In this document: one piece after another, positions 14,122 through 27,975 of the stretch
Position numbering within the stretch: the stretch's first letter is position 1
Layout: every line of letters begins with the position of its first letter
Source: Octopus sinensis
Taxonomy: Eukaryota
DNA: 64,000 bases
Direction of reading: 5' to 3'
Assembly: GCF_006345805.1 (NCBI RefSeq)
Contig: NC_043013.1
Coordinates: forward strand, 14,322,001-14,386,000
Notes under the pieces: generated by a model
What the model was told of the DNA's origin: nothing
The model's database searches: none
What the model saw: the letters and a program-made list of their open reading frames with translations, nothing else
Position numbers and translations under genes: made by a program

Positions 14122-15005
14122 TCTTCAAACTTCAGCAGCTTTTTACTGCCATCCCCCCTCCTGCTCGCTATCAATCCACCACAAAAAATAGAACTATATT
14201 ATCAATAAGTCTTCGAAATTGTGATGATTTGTGGCCAATGAGGGGTGAGTATGTCTGTCACGAACATTGTATTTTGTTCTCTATCACGTATGTTCCTTTG
14301 CCAAACCCCAATGCAACATTATATATACAGCAGCATAGGGGGACGACAAATGTACACACACACAGAAACATGGGGTATACTTATCTATAATTGAACTATT
14401 ATGAACTTTTCACATTCCTGACTCTTTTATGCATATTTTTATAAAAAAAGCTTGCATTTCTTTTCATCATGTTATATAGATTTAAATAGGTTATAAATTG
14501 ATTTATTGACGTGATACCTCTTGATTATGTGATTGACACTTTATGAGTTTCTTCCAGTGTAGATTCATATATATAATATATATATATACAAGTTTCTGCG
14601 TCGTATGTGACAAACTCCCAAGAACATCATATTGATGAGCAGCTGATCTTTCAGATAATGGACCCACGTTTGCATTCTTTTTCCTAATTTATTTTAAAAA
14701 CTATAGGTATATTCACTCAAAACATGATAGTATTTTATACATTGTTTTAAAATACGTTCGGTGGTCGTTTAATTTAATTTAAACAAACAGAACTTAACAA
14801 GATGTTAAGTTCCGGGGGTTCACCAACTTTAAATTGTAACCGAATCCATATGTTTTATTTTAGCGGCACTGGTAGTAGTAGTAGGAGTAGTAGGAGGAGG
14901 AGGAGGAGGAGGAGGAGAAAAAAGAGGAGACTAGTACAAGTGTTATGTCACTAGTATGTCACTAAAATTGCAGAATAGTTATGCTAAATAGGTATCTCTT
15001 TTACC

Positions 15006-15240
15006 TATTTCTTTACTACCCACAAGGGGCAAAACATAGCGGGGACAAAGAAGGAGGACAGACAAACGGATTAAGTCGATTATATCGACCCCAGTGCGTA
15101 ACTGGTACTTAATTTATCGACCCCGAAAGGATGAAAGGCAAAGTCGACCTCGGCGGAATTTGAACTCAGAATGTAGCGGCAGACGAAATACCGCTAAGCA
15201 TTTCGTCCGGCGTGATAACGTTTCTGCCAGCTCTCCGCCT
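15006..15240 (-). mobile_element. Family B SINE monomer, tail 1
   Basis: Full head, core and tail; ~21-bp TSD TAAATAGGTATCT(C/A)TTTTACC at 14985-15005 and 15240-15260. Confidence 0.95.
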
Positions 15241-16174
15241 AAATAGGTATCTATTTTACCATTATGAAAAAAAAGAGACGAACAACGTTGGATAATATTA
15301 AATCAACTAAATGCATGTATCTTCTGTATCAAAGCATACTAGAACCAAAACACGTGTCGGAATGGAATAGGAAGAAAATACTTTGATAAATAAATGTTGA
15401 AGATGTATAATTCTCAACTCTTCTTTATGACGTATTCTGTGAATGTATGTGTGTGTGTGTATGCATGTAATATATATATATATACACACATTTATTGAAC
15501 CTGGTCGTAGTTCATTTATTTTCGTTCAGCATCTGACGATCGTCTTAGAAGTGCCCTGTGTCAAAAAATATCATTCGTAGCAGACGTCCTCTCAACATCG
15601 TTCACACACGCCCGACTCGGGCTCAGAAGTTTCAGCCCGAGTTGTTATTTATAATCGCAAAAGTTAAAAGTAATTCAAATTCAATGTTTTCTTGAAACGA
15701 TATATTTCTGTAGAATTTAGGATTCAAATTCATTCCAGTCTATGAAAAGTTTCCGTTCTACAATATTCTTAAAGGAACGAAAATTTATCCAGCGACTCGG
15801 GCTAATACGAACGAGCCTGGTCGGTGTAAAAGACTGACTGGCATCCCTTGTCAAGAGTACAGGCTTCAGACAGACCGCTGATGTTCGTTGTGCACTACGC
15901 TGTCGTTATTTGATTGCTGACATTCTGGGTGGGCGTCTGTGAGCAAAGATCAGTTGTGTTTTGCAGGGTTGCTATATTTTCACGCTTAGCTTAGAAATAG
16001 AGAAAGATATTGTGCAAGATATAAAAAAAATAGCCATTTGGTGAGAGAAATAAATCGGGAAAACCGTGAAACTCTGCGAGTAGGCATATGTCTTATACGA
16101 AATTTGTGATGAGCCCGAGTGACGTTCATGACCTGGAGTCACCTCTGATAGATAGATATGTGTGTGTGTGTGGT

Positions 16175-16221
<47 letters not shown>

Positions 16222-16331
16222 ATATATATTAATATATATATATATATATATATATTTATAATAAGATTGGATCGTATACGAGTGGGTATATATTTGTAAA
16301 AAAGAAGTTTGAAAACGCCACTATATTACAT

Positions 16332-16391
16332 AAATTTTAATTTTACATGTTTCGGTTCTTGAAAAAACGAACCTTATCAAAAAAATTTATT
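16332..16391 (-). ncRNA. Candidate minimal type I hammerhead ribozyme (U3-A8 core variant)
   Basis: TTGATAA-GGTTC[10 nt]GAACC-GAA-ACATGT-A, with A/U-rich stem I. Confidence 0.55.
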
Positions 16392-16532
16392 ATAAAATGT
16401 ATAATGGAATAGTTCATAATTGTTACATACATTCAATAGAATCCATGTTCTTGAAAAGAACTGTGTAGTATATATAATTATAAATATCATAAATATCAAT
16501 ATTATATATTTTATATATATAATTATTATGAT

Positions 16533-16580
<48 letters not shown>

Positions 16581-16748
16581 ATACACGCATATACATGTAT
16601 TACGTGTGTGCGTGTATATGTCTATGTAAATACATATATGCATTTATATATAATCATATGCTGTATTATACCTATACATCTATGTATGTGTTATATCTAT
16701 AGTCTGTGTGTATATGCGTATATATATATATATAATATTTATATATAT

Positions 16749-16783
<35 letters not shown>

Positions 16784-16892
16784 TGTGTATGTATCCATAT
16801 ATATATATTATATATATATATATATTATATATATATATATATATATACATATATATGCATTTATATAACGTATAGATATATATACCAACACA

Positions 16893-16937
<45 letters not shown>

Positions 16938-17419
16938 CAAGGGACACAGGGGGGAAAGAGATGGTGTGAAGAGGGGAGAATGATCTGGCAGACAGATACA
17001 CAGACAGGTCCCCATTTGGATTATAATGCTGACGGTAGTTTTGGTAATGCCGTCCTATTCTGATATGTAGACGCAAAATAGCAGCTGTCTACCTCAACGA
17101 TTAAAAAGTAGTTAGGGGCCATTTAACCCCCGGCCCTGTTCCCATTATATCACAAAGGTGGCTTATTCTTTGCTGATAAAATGGTGGTTCAGAAGTTTGA
17201 ACCACCATAATGGTTTTTCTGTTTGAGCTATTTTTGTTTGTTTGTGTGTGTATATATGTGTGTGTCAAATATAATACAATACATACATATATATATATAC
17301 ATACATACATGTATATATCTACCTTATGTATGTATATGCGTATATATATATATATATATTATTATGTATGTGGGGTATGTATGTTATATATATATGTATA
17401 GGTATATATATTATATATT

Positions 17420-17477
<58 letters not shown>

Positions 17478-17574
17478 TATATATATGTATATATATATGT
17501 ATATACATATAGATAGCTATATAAATAGATAAATAGATACATACATATGTATATATATGTGTATGTATTATGTA

Positions 17575-17790
17575 TGTATGTGTCTCTGATTGTCCCCACC
17601 TCCACCGTTTGACAACCGGTGTTAGTGTGCTTATGTACCCGTAACATAGTGGTTCGGCAAACGAAATCGATAGAATAAGTACCAGGCTTTAAAAAAAATT
17701 ACTGGGATCGATATATTCTACTATAAATTCTTCAAAGCGATGCCCCAGCATGGCTGCAGTCTAATGGCTGACACAAGCAGGAGACGAAAG
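17575..17790 (+). mobile_element. Family A SINE, 3' half (diverged)
   Basis: GACAACCGGTGTTAGTG...GATAGAATAAGTACC...CCAGCATGGCTGCAGTC. Confidence 0.75.
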
Positions 17791-18704
17791 TTATATGCAC
17801 ACAGAAAACACACACACACACACTTACATACATACTTACACACGCACTCACATACATATTGTGAGAATTTAAGTACGTGTACACTTAGGAAACTTAGGAA
17901 ATTACAGTTCCATTAAAAATATCCCTTTAACCAATATTTTTTACCCTGAAGAGATAATGTGAAACGTTACTCAACGTGAGTAAAAGACATTTTTATGCCC
18001 TCTAAGATCAAATTCAAGCTGGTCCTGATCGATGTATGGGGAAGTACTTGGTTTATCGAGCGAAACAATATCTATAATGATATCCGCTTGATTTTTCGAA
18101 CCCGAGTTGGTGAGATACATTAAGCAAGGATAGTAAGATTTGTGCCGACTTTAAGTTTAGTCCCGCAGTAAATGGCGTAGTGCAGTAGAAAAGTAAAAAT
18201 CAGAGGCACAGGTATTGGAATAAACCCAACGACACGCAAATTTTTAGCTCAACACGGGTAACATGCTACAATATATATATGAAACAGATCGGCATGTGCT
18301 GTACGGGGAGGATGTGATATTGCTAAAAGGCAGAAGCCAAGTAAACGATAGGGTATTGATGAAAATCTAAAATCTGTTACTCAACTGCATGATGTTCCCC
18401 TACTGGACAGTTAATTTAGTGAGAAAGTCATTTCTTCATAATTGGCGCAATTAGGAGTGGGAATTTGAAACTAAGTAATACAGAAAAAAGATGCGCAATT
18501 GTTTTGTATACCAACAAATATGGTATATTCTAATGAGTAGTCTGGGATGAATCAAGTGATTTTATTGATTCAGTTTAAGAATTTCATCTGAGCCAAAATT
18601 AAATTAGGAATTAACATCAAAGCAACAGGTGAATATATTGCGTGATATTGCCAAAACCAAGTTGCACTACAAATTCAGCATACGTTAACCTGTACATGAA
18701 ATAT

Positions 18705-20112
18705 ATCACCCACTTTTTCAAAATATACACTACATTTAAAACGCATGCATCCTAATCCGCCAAAGAAGTTTTTCCAAGGACTATTATTGAACACTAAAAG
18801 CATAAAGACTCTACAATGTATTGGTATACATATTTATTAATTTTGGTATATATGTATTAATATATAAATTTTTTCCCCTTCCTCATTTAAAAACAAAAAT
18901 TTTCCCCTTCCAAATCTTGAAAATTTGCCTTGCCATGAAAACCGGTTTGATTTATTATTTTTTCTTTTTTAATTTTTCATACACCCATTTTTATTAAAAT
19001 TTACTTTCAAATTAGCATGCTGCGTTATAATTTTTCCTTTCCTATATATATATATATTAGATTCCTTACGAAAACATAATCACTTTCGGTACCCTTACAG
19101 ACAGGACACGTAATATCTATATCCTAAGCAACGTTGAAGATTAATGCCTCAAAGGTGAACTAAATTTCATGAGTATGTGTATCGATTATGAATCACGTTC
19201 CATTACAGGAAAACTCGTGAAAGAAACTTATTCCTGTGATGCACGCCGGGCAAGGAGAATCTAAACATTCAACGAGTCATTTCAGAATATAAGGAGTTAA
19301 GGGCCGAAACAATTGCGTGTCACAGAGAGAGGGGTTTCTTCTTTGAAGTCCGTCTGCTTACTCAGCTCTCCCTAGAGTTTCTCACTACACTTCTAGCAGA
19401 TTCGAACATAAATGTCTGATCGCGAGCAAACATTCACATTCGAAACTGTCAGAAATTATTAAAAATTAATAAATACACTTAAGATATATTGTTGCACAAA
19501 TATAAAACAAAACAAAAAAATGGTTCGCTCAACTGCAAATGTTATTTCCATCTACACTCATAGAATTTTCCCCTCAGATATATATGTCTTTGCTACACGT
19601 ACTACTTTAAACGAAACCATGAATAAAGTTCCGAGTATTGTTAGCTATCATTTCTGTAAACACAACATGTAAACGTCAGTTCTGTAACATTAAAATCGGA
19701 TGAGAAGGTAGTTTGTATAACAATCTAAAATATACCGTTTATCATGGGGACAGGTGTTAAGCGATATTTTACCTTTGCCAAGAAAACTAATGAGTTTTTT
19801 TCATAATTTGTTTCAAAAATCACAGACAACAATGAAAATTATTAATGCGCGGTTTTATAAGAAAACTGTATATTTTTGTGATATTATGTCAAATTATAAT
19901 TATTTCATTTATTTATGACATAAGATTAATCATATTTACGTGACAAAAAGATCCAGGTATTGCACTGAGAGAAAAAGAAAAACAACAGTTTGCGTTTTAC
20001 TAACTTCTAGATTAATTGAAACTTTCAATAAACTTTTTCCTTCGGTTTCCTAATATTATTGCTGAACATGAAAATTTATGCGACTCAATTTATGATTAAA
20101 ATGGATTATATT
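18705..20112. repeat. Left arm of an old inverted segmental duplication
   Basis: Colinear reverse-complement match to 22517-24420. Confidence 0.9.
19390..19455 (-). ncRNA. Candidate pre-miRNA-like hairpin, paralog 1
   Basis: 21 of 22 pairs in the upper stem, 8-nt loop, and a continuing lower stem (TTCTG/TAGAA). Confidence 0.45.
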
Positions 20113-20241
20113 TTCATTCTTTTACTTGTTTCAGTAAAAGAAATGCGGTCATACTGGGGCATCAACTTTGAAAGGTTTAGTCGAAGAAATCGAGCTCAAT
20201 ATTATTTTCTTATATATATATATACATATATATACATTTAT

Positions 20242-20280
<39 letters not shown>

Positions 20281-20596
20281 TGAGACCCCCTGACCGTGGG
20301 ATTGCACCTAGAAAGTTACCCTCTCAGGCACAAGTCCGGGCAAGGTTGTTTATGGAAGACCAGCAGCCGCCCATGCATACCGGCCTCCCCTCTCCACGCC
20401 ACCAGTGTTATCCAAGGGAAAGGCAAAGGACGATACATCTTCGTACATGTGACGTCGCAATTCATTTCTACAACTGGGTGAACTGGAGCAACGTGAAATA
20501 AAGTGTCTTGCTCAAGAACACAACAATCCGGGATTCGAACTCACAACCTCACGATCGTACGCTCGACACTCTAACCATTGAGCCATGCTCCTTCGC
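20281..20596 (-). mobile_element. Family D SINE
   Basis: CATGGCTCAATGGTTAGAGTGTCG...GAGTTCGAATCCCGG head; body matches 2128-2450. Confidence 0.85.
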
Positions 20597-21170
<574 letters not shown>

Positions 21171-21188
21171 TAATAATAATAATAATAA

Positions 21189-21241
<53 letters not shown>

Positions 21242-21559
21242 CAACAACAACAACAACAACAACGCAGAACACTTTCAATACAGTAACCATCAGAGCACCA
21301 CAACATATCACAGCACATACCCAAGGCACACAGAGCTGTGCTCGGTAGTGAAGGGAAAGCACGCTATAAAAATAAAACTACTGAATAATAATAATAGTGA
21401 CAGCAACAACGGCAACAAAGAGAATTTCTTTTACCCTTTTACAGGTATAATATCGATTTTGCAGAATCTTTAGTTTTCGGATCACTGATATTTTTCGAGC
21501 CAGTGTGGTCAACGAACACTAAATTAAATTTTAAATTTTGAATTTGCTTCAATAACTGT

Positions 21560-21897
21560 GGGCGCAGGCGTGGTTGGGTGGTAAGAAGTTTGCTTCCTAA
21601 CCACATGGTGCCGGGTTCAGTTCCACTCCGTGGCAACCTGGGCAACTGTCTTCTAGTATAGCCCCGAGCCGACTAAAGCTTTGAGTGGATTCGGAAGACA
21701 GAAATTGAAAGAAGACTTTATATGTATGTATCTTTGAGCCTCTGTTCATTCCCCATCACCGCTTGACACCTAGTGTTGGTGTGTTTACATCTCCGTAACT
21801 TAGTGGTTCGGCAAAAGAGAACGCCAGGCTTTAAAAAAGTGCTGGGGTAGATTTATCCGGCATGGCCATAGTCTAATGAATGAAATAAGTAAAAGAA
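21560..21897 (+). mobile_element. Family A SINE, diverged
   Basis: GGGCGCAGGCGTGG head to GAAATAAGTAAAAG tail, with internal deletions. Confidence 0.85.
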
Positions 21898-23150
21898 CAT
21901 ATATTTATACTTTAGTATATATGATGGAAGTGTATTAATGCCGTACTGTACAAAGAGCCAGTAAACTATTCTGAAATTATTATTCGTATTTGAAATTTCT
22001 ATTCGTAAATTAGTGCGGATTATAAGAAGGTCGGATCCAGAATATCAGTGTACTTCTTTCTTTCATTGGAGTGCAGCCTTGCTGGGTAATCACTTTGGAT
22101 AATTTAATTGAAGAAGTCACCCCAGGACTTCTTTTATTCTGGTACCGCTAAGACACGGAAGCATAAAAATAAAAACCAATTCTGGTTTCAAGTGGCAGGA
22201 AAAGGGAACAAACAAAAATACAGGACCCACCTCAGACACACACACTTATAGACACGACGGACTACCATATTTTTCATTTACCAAATTATCTCACAAGGCA
22301 TTGCTTGGCCTGGGGTCTATAGTTGGAGACGTTTGCCCAACCTACAGTCCGTAGTGGGGCTGAAGCCAAAATTAAGTTATTCAATGATTGAAACAAATAA
22401 AACGATAAAAATATACACAGGTGCGTGTTTCTCTCTCTCTCTCTCCCTCTCTGTGTTTGACACGTCACTGTTCGACAACCGTTGTTGGTTTGTTTGCATT
22501 CCCATAATCTAGCGTCTGAATAAATCCATTTTAATCATCAGTTGATTCACATGAATTTTCGTATTCAGCAATAATATTAGTGAACTGAAGAAAAAAGTTT
22601 ATTGAAAGTTTCAATTAAGTTAGAAGTTTGCAAAAAAGCTAATTGTTGTTTTTCTTTCTCTCTCAATGCAATACCTGGATCTTTTTGTCACGTAAATATG
22701 ATTACTCTTATGTCATAAATAAATGAAATAATTATAATTTGACATAATATCACAAAAATAAGCATTATTCTTATTAGACCACTCATTAATAATTTTCGAT
22801 GCTGTTTGTGGTTTTTGAAACAAATTATGAAAAAACTCATTAGTTTTCTTAGCAAAGGTAAAATATCGCTTAACACCTGTCCCCATGATAAACTGCATAT
22901 TTAAGATTGTTATACAAACTACCTCCTCATCCGATTTTAATATGTTACAGAACTGACGTTTATGTGTTACGTTTACACAAATACTCTGTATTTTACTCAT
23001 GGTTTCCTTAAAATAGTATGTTTAACAAAGATACGTATACCCGAGGGAAAATTCTATGAGTGTAAATGGAAATAATAACATTTGCAGTTGGAAATACTAT
23101 TTTTATTTGTACAATATATCCTACGTGTATTTATTGATTTCTAATAATTT

Positions 23151-23213
23151 CTTGGAGATTCGAACGTGAATATCTGCTCGCGATCAGACATTTATGTTCG
23201 AATCTGCTACAAG
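23151..23213 (+). ncRNA. Candidate pre-miRNA-like hairpin, paralog 2
   Basis: AGATTCGAACGTGAATATCTG-CTCGCGAT-CAGACATTTATGTTCGAATCT, 20 of 21 pairs. Confidence 0.45.
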
Positions 23214-23215
23214 TG

Positions 23216-23330
23216 ACACTCCCTGGACCCTAAGTAAGGCATGTGTAAAATTTGAATGAAATTGCTTGTGTAGTTCTCAAGTTTTAAGGATTCACACAGA
23301 CAGACATTCTCAGTTTTATATATATAGATA
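23216..23330 (+). mobile_element. 3' fragment of the HINE-like element
   Basis: Matches 9425-9550 (GACCCTAAGTAAGGCATG...CATTCTCAGTTTTATATATATAG); absent from the left duplication arm. Confidence 0.75.
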
Positions 23331-23367
23331 TACATATGTGTATATGTGTATATATATATATGCATAA

Positions 23368-23423
<56 letters not shown>

Positions 23424-23852
23424 GCACAAATAAGCATTGGATTCAGTAATCAATATAAGTGTAGTAAGAAACTCTAGGGAGAGCTGAGTAAGCAGACGGA
23501 CTTCAAAGAAGAAACCCCTATCTCCGCGTCACGCAAGGGTTTTGGCCCTTAACTCCTTATATTCTGAAAGGACCCGTTAATGTTCAGATTCTCCCTGCTC
23601 GTCGTGTACCACATGAATAAGTATCTTTCGCGAGTTTTCCTTTAACGGAATGGGATTCATAATTAGTACACATACTCATGAAATTACCTTAAATTTAGTT
23701 CCCCCTTAAGGGGATCAATCTAAAAGTTGCCTGCGATATAGATACCACGTGTCCTGCCTGTAAGAGGACCGAAAGTGATTATGTTTCCGTAGCAATTTAA
23801 TATACAAATATATATATATATATAGAGAGAGAGAGTTAGATAGATAGATAGA

Positions 23853-23924
<72 letters not shown>

Positions 23925-23988
23925 GGCTTAGTAAATACTGAATACTTGGTGAAATTGATTAATTAATTAATTTTACCCTCAATTGTTG

Positions 23989-24020
<32 letters not shown>

Positions 24021-25122
24021 AGTCAGTAAATGGTGGGGTTGTGTTAACCGCACTTGGAGAAATGATAGGAGTGGAAAAAATAATAAGGCAGAATGCTAAA
24101 TTGAAAGTAAATTTTAATAAAAATGGCTGTATGAAAAATTAAATGAAAAAAGAAAAATGTAATCAAACTGGCTTTCATTGCAAGGCAAATTTTCAAGATT
24201 TGGAAGGGTAAAATTTTTTTCTTAAATTGTGGAAGGGGAAAAAAAAAATTTACAATGTTTCAAAAAAATATTAAATAGATACCAAAATTAATAAATATGT
24301 ATACCAATACATTGTAGTGTTTATGCTTTTAGTGTTCAATAATAGTCCTTGGAAAAACCTCTTTGGAGGATTTGGATGCATGTGTTTAATTATAATGTTT
24401 TGTTTGAAAAGGTTGGGTGTTTGTGTGTCAAAACAGGAAATGGGGTAGGAGTTATCCAGTTCCTGTGAATAAGGGGAGACAATTCTGGTTTTGGTCTTAA
24501 AATGACCGTGAAGACCTTCTCTAATCATTTCATGGGTAAAATTATTTATTTCTGTATGCATTTGAAAGATGAAACAATGACTGCGTCTCCTATTTTGTAG
24601 AATATCCCTGTACTACGAAACGGTGTATCGCATCGCATATTTTAGCCTTAATACCATGAAAAAACATACAGAGACCCCACAAAGCTATTGTTTGTGTTTT
24701 GATATTCCAAGGCAATCATCTTTAAAAGGTAAGTAAGACAAGATAGTAAGATAATAGCCCATTATCGATACGATGGTAACGGGGAATATTAGAAAATGAG
24801 CCATAACACCTCAAAAAATGATGCAGGGGCTACACTGAAGTTATTGATTGAGCAAATGTGCTCTCGTCCGAGTTTGGGTGAGTGAACGTCGTGTCAACAG
24901 GATCGAGGTATAATTTTTTCAGCCGGATTTTCGACCTTACTGCAAGCCTCGCCGGTTCTTTCACCCGACTTTTTTGGATTTTAGACTTCGAGACAAAAAT
25001 AAAATGATATACTAACCTCGAAAATGGCTGGAATGGCGCCAACGACACCCTGTTACTAAATGCTTCAAATGATGTTATAAATACATTCCCATACACACAC
25101 TCGTATACACTCATACATATAT

Positions 25123-25524
25123 AGGCGCGGGAGTGGCTGTGTGGTAAAAAGCTTGCTAACCAACAACATGGTTCTGGGTTCAGTCCCACTGCATGGCACC
25201 TTGGGCAAGTGTCTTCTGCTATAGCCCCGGGCCGACCAATGCCTTGTGAATGGATTGGTAGACGGAAACTGAAAGAAGCCTGTCGTATATATGTATATAT
25301 ATGTATATATGTGTATGTGTGTGTGTTTGTCCCCCCTATAGCATTGCTTGACAACCGATGCTGGTGTGTTTACGTCCCCGTCACTTAGCGGTTCGGCAAA
25401 AGAGACCGATAGAATAAGTACTGGGCTTACAAAGAATAAATCCCGGGTCGATTTGCTCGACTAAAGACGGTGCTCCAGCATGGCCGTAGTCAAATGACTA
25501 AAACAAGTAAAAGAGTAAAAGAGT
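25123..25524 (+). mobile_element. Family A SINE, full length
   Basis: Complete head, body and tail. Confidence 0.95.
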
Positions 25525-26011
25525 ATATACATACACTCATACACAAACACTCATACACACGTACACACACACTGATACACACAGTCATGCACGCACGTGT
25601 AGTGTCCATGCTAATATTTGTTGTACTCCTTTGGATTCAAAAGTTAATGGGTTCATATTGGTGATGATGTGGGTTGCATTGGTTTCGATGTTAGTGGTGG
25701 TGGGCAAGTATTGTTGGCTGGCAGTGTTGTGGTCATATTGATCTTACTAATTGTATTGTTGTGTCTAGTCTCAAGTCAATCCTCGTAGACCTAAGAAAGA
25801 TTATTTCATTCAGCTTTTAAAAATACAGTAAAACACCACATTATACGTTCTTACCAAAAAGTGGATTTGGTTATCTACTTCGTACTGTTTATCACTTTTG
25901 CTGATAGTCGTTGTGTTCATGTTGATGGTAGGTGCACTCACGCAAACATACATACATATGAAAACATTTAAACACACACATAAAAATGCTTTTTGAAAAA
26001 AGAAACAAGTC

Positions 26012-26083
26012 AGGTTCTACCGAGACTCGAACTCGGATCGCTGGATTCAGAGTCCAGAGTGCTAACCATTACACCATAGAACC
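26012..26083 (-). tRNA. tRNA-Gln-CTG: tRNA-Gln, anticodon CTG, probably functional
   Basis: GGTTCTATGGTGTAATGGTTAGCACTCTGGACTCTGAATCCAGCGATCCGAGTTCGAGTCTCGGTAGAACCT: 72-nt cloverleaf with perfect acceptor stem, intact A/B boxes, and a T6 Pol III terminator ~10 nt downstream. Confidence 0.97.
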
Positions 26084-26375
26084 CTTGCACATTATCTACC
26101 TTATATATATCTTACATATACATGTGTGTATGTATGTCCGTGTATGTGTATAACGTGATGATAGTGTTAAAAATCGTTAACTATATACTTTGATCTTCAC
26201 TAAAATACAGATCGCGATTAAGCTAACAAGAAAGTATTATTTTAAATTGCTAACAATTTAGAACTACGCAATACGAGTTTCCGTAAGAGCAAATTTACAA
26301 ACCGTGTCCCGAAATTAATGGTCGTACATTATACTTTCCGTAACTACGAAATCCCGTAAACCGAGGAAACCGTAA

Positions 26376-26681
26376 CTTATTCTTTGTAAGCTTAGTACTT
26401 ATTCTATTGGACTCTTTTGCTGAACTGCTAAGTTACGGGGACGTTTGTCAAGTGATGTTGGGGGTGAGGGGAGGAGCAAACACAGACACACAAACATATA
26501 CACATACACACATATATATATATGCATACATACGACGGGCTTCTTTCAATTTCCGTCTACCAAATCCACTCATAAGGCTTTGGTCGGCCCGAGGCTATAG
26601 TAGAAGACACTTGCCCAAGGTGAACCCGGAACCATGTGGCTGGTAAGCAAGCTATTTACCACACAGCCACTTCTACGCCTA
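26376..26681 (-). mobile_element. Family A SINE, 3'-truncated with internal deletions
   Basis: Head to ACAAAGAATAAG; tail missing. Confidence 0.85.
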
Positions 26682-26759
26682 TTATACCTAGTAATATTAG
26701 ATTGAAAACAAAGCCCACTGGCATTTTTGACACTTTGATTGTATATTTTCAATACCTTA

Positions 26760-27975
26760 TAACATGCATTAATTTAAGTTTAGAGCAGCTCCGTATTAAA
26801 CACTACACGCGGTATGAACTCAAATGGAGTTCTCCAGCAACGGAAGCGGCAAGAAATATTCACCCTGTGTGTGGCAATGAAGCTTGAAGATTCTGGGAAT
26901 GCTAACGATGGTATGGCCAGTTTCGCTCGGAAATTTTTTACCTTGCAAATTACTCTCGATTTGTGCAATGAAGTTCTGTCCCTATTGACATTCTGAAAGC
27001 TTAAGCTGAAGAAAATCCAAAAGAGACTTCGAAAGAAATAGCAAAACTCTTCATATCACACTTCGATCATAAAACAATTATGATTTAGGAAAAGTGTCTA
27101 AATTTGGTCAGTGGGACACTCAGCATCTGACTGCTTCTCGGCTTAATGAAATTGTTGTCCTATGCTCATCACTGAAGAGTAGACATGCTACCATATTTCT
27201 CCTGCACAGAATCATTACAAGGGAAGAAAAGTAGGTTCTCTCTACTCATATCTATAGAAACGAAAGCGAATAGCACCCTATGAAAAAACAAGGAGTTAAA
27301 CCAAATCGACAGAGTTCGTACAGAAAAGTATTGTCGTCTTAAGGCGGCGAGTTGGCAGAAGCGTCAGCGCGCCAGGCGAAATACTTAGCGGTATTTCGTC
27401 TGCCGTTACGTTCTGAGGTCAAATTCCGCCGAGGTCAACTTTGCCTTTCACCCTTTCGGGGTCGATTAAATAAGTACCAGTTACGCACTGGGGTCGATAT
27501 AATCGACTTAATCCGTTTGTCTGTCCTTGTCTGTCCCCTCTGTGTTTAGCCCCTTGTGGGTAGTAAAGAAATAGGTATTTCGTCTGCCGCTACGTTCTGA
27601 GTTCAAAGTTCATCCTTTCGGGGTCGATTATGTAAGTACCAGTTACGCACTGGGTTCGATATAATCGACGTAATCCGTTTGTCTGTCCTTGTCTGTCCCC
27701 TCTGTGTTTAGCCCCTTGTGGGTAGTAAAGAAATAAGAAAAGTATTGTCGTCAGTTAGAATCATTTGCAGTAAAAATGCTCACCATTTATCAATAACAAA
27801 TAGATGCGGCCCTTATACGATAATGCAAGACCACATATTGCCCAAGTCACGCGAAAAAAACTATAGAAGTTTTGCCTTTTTGTCTCACCCTCCTCACTCT
27901 CCTGGCCTTGCTACGGGTGAGTATTATCATTGCAGATCATTGCAAAATTCTTTAGAGGGAAAACAATTCCCATGA
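26760..27975 (+). mobile_element. Decayed mariner-family transposase, interrupted by a SINE dimer
   Basis: Fragments HYTRYELKWSSPATEAARNIHPVCGNEA, RWYGQFRS, LHRIITREEK*VL, EKYCRQLE, DNARPHIAQVTRKKL, SHPPHSPGLATGEYYHCRSLQNSLEGKQF follow mariner motif order. Confidence 0.85.
27339..27735 (+). mobile_element. Family B SINE dimer (tail 1 + tail 1)
   Basis: 17-bp TSD AGAAAAGTATTGTCGTC (27322-27338 and 27736-27752) encloses both monomers. Confidence 0.95.

Larger units (their letters stand above)
22517..24420. repeat. Right arm of the inverted duplication, with later insertions
   Basis: Reverse complement of 18705-20112, interrupted at ~23216-23456 and ~23800-24100. Confidence 0.9.

Noticed and set aside
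22713-23000. ORF with serpin-like string FQKPQTASKIINEW
   Set aside because: The paralogous arm has a 1-nt frameshift (7 vs 6 T at ~19795) and loses the motif. No other serpin features are present.
24830-25354. 174-aa minus-strand ORF
   Set aside because: The first half is a family A SINE. The rest is unrecognisable, with competing splice-like sites on both strands.
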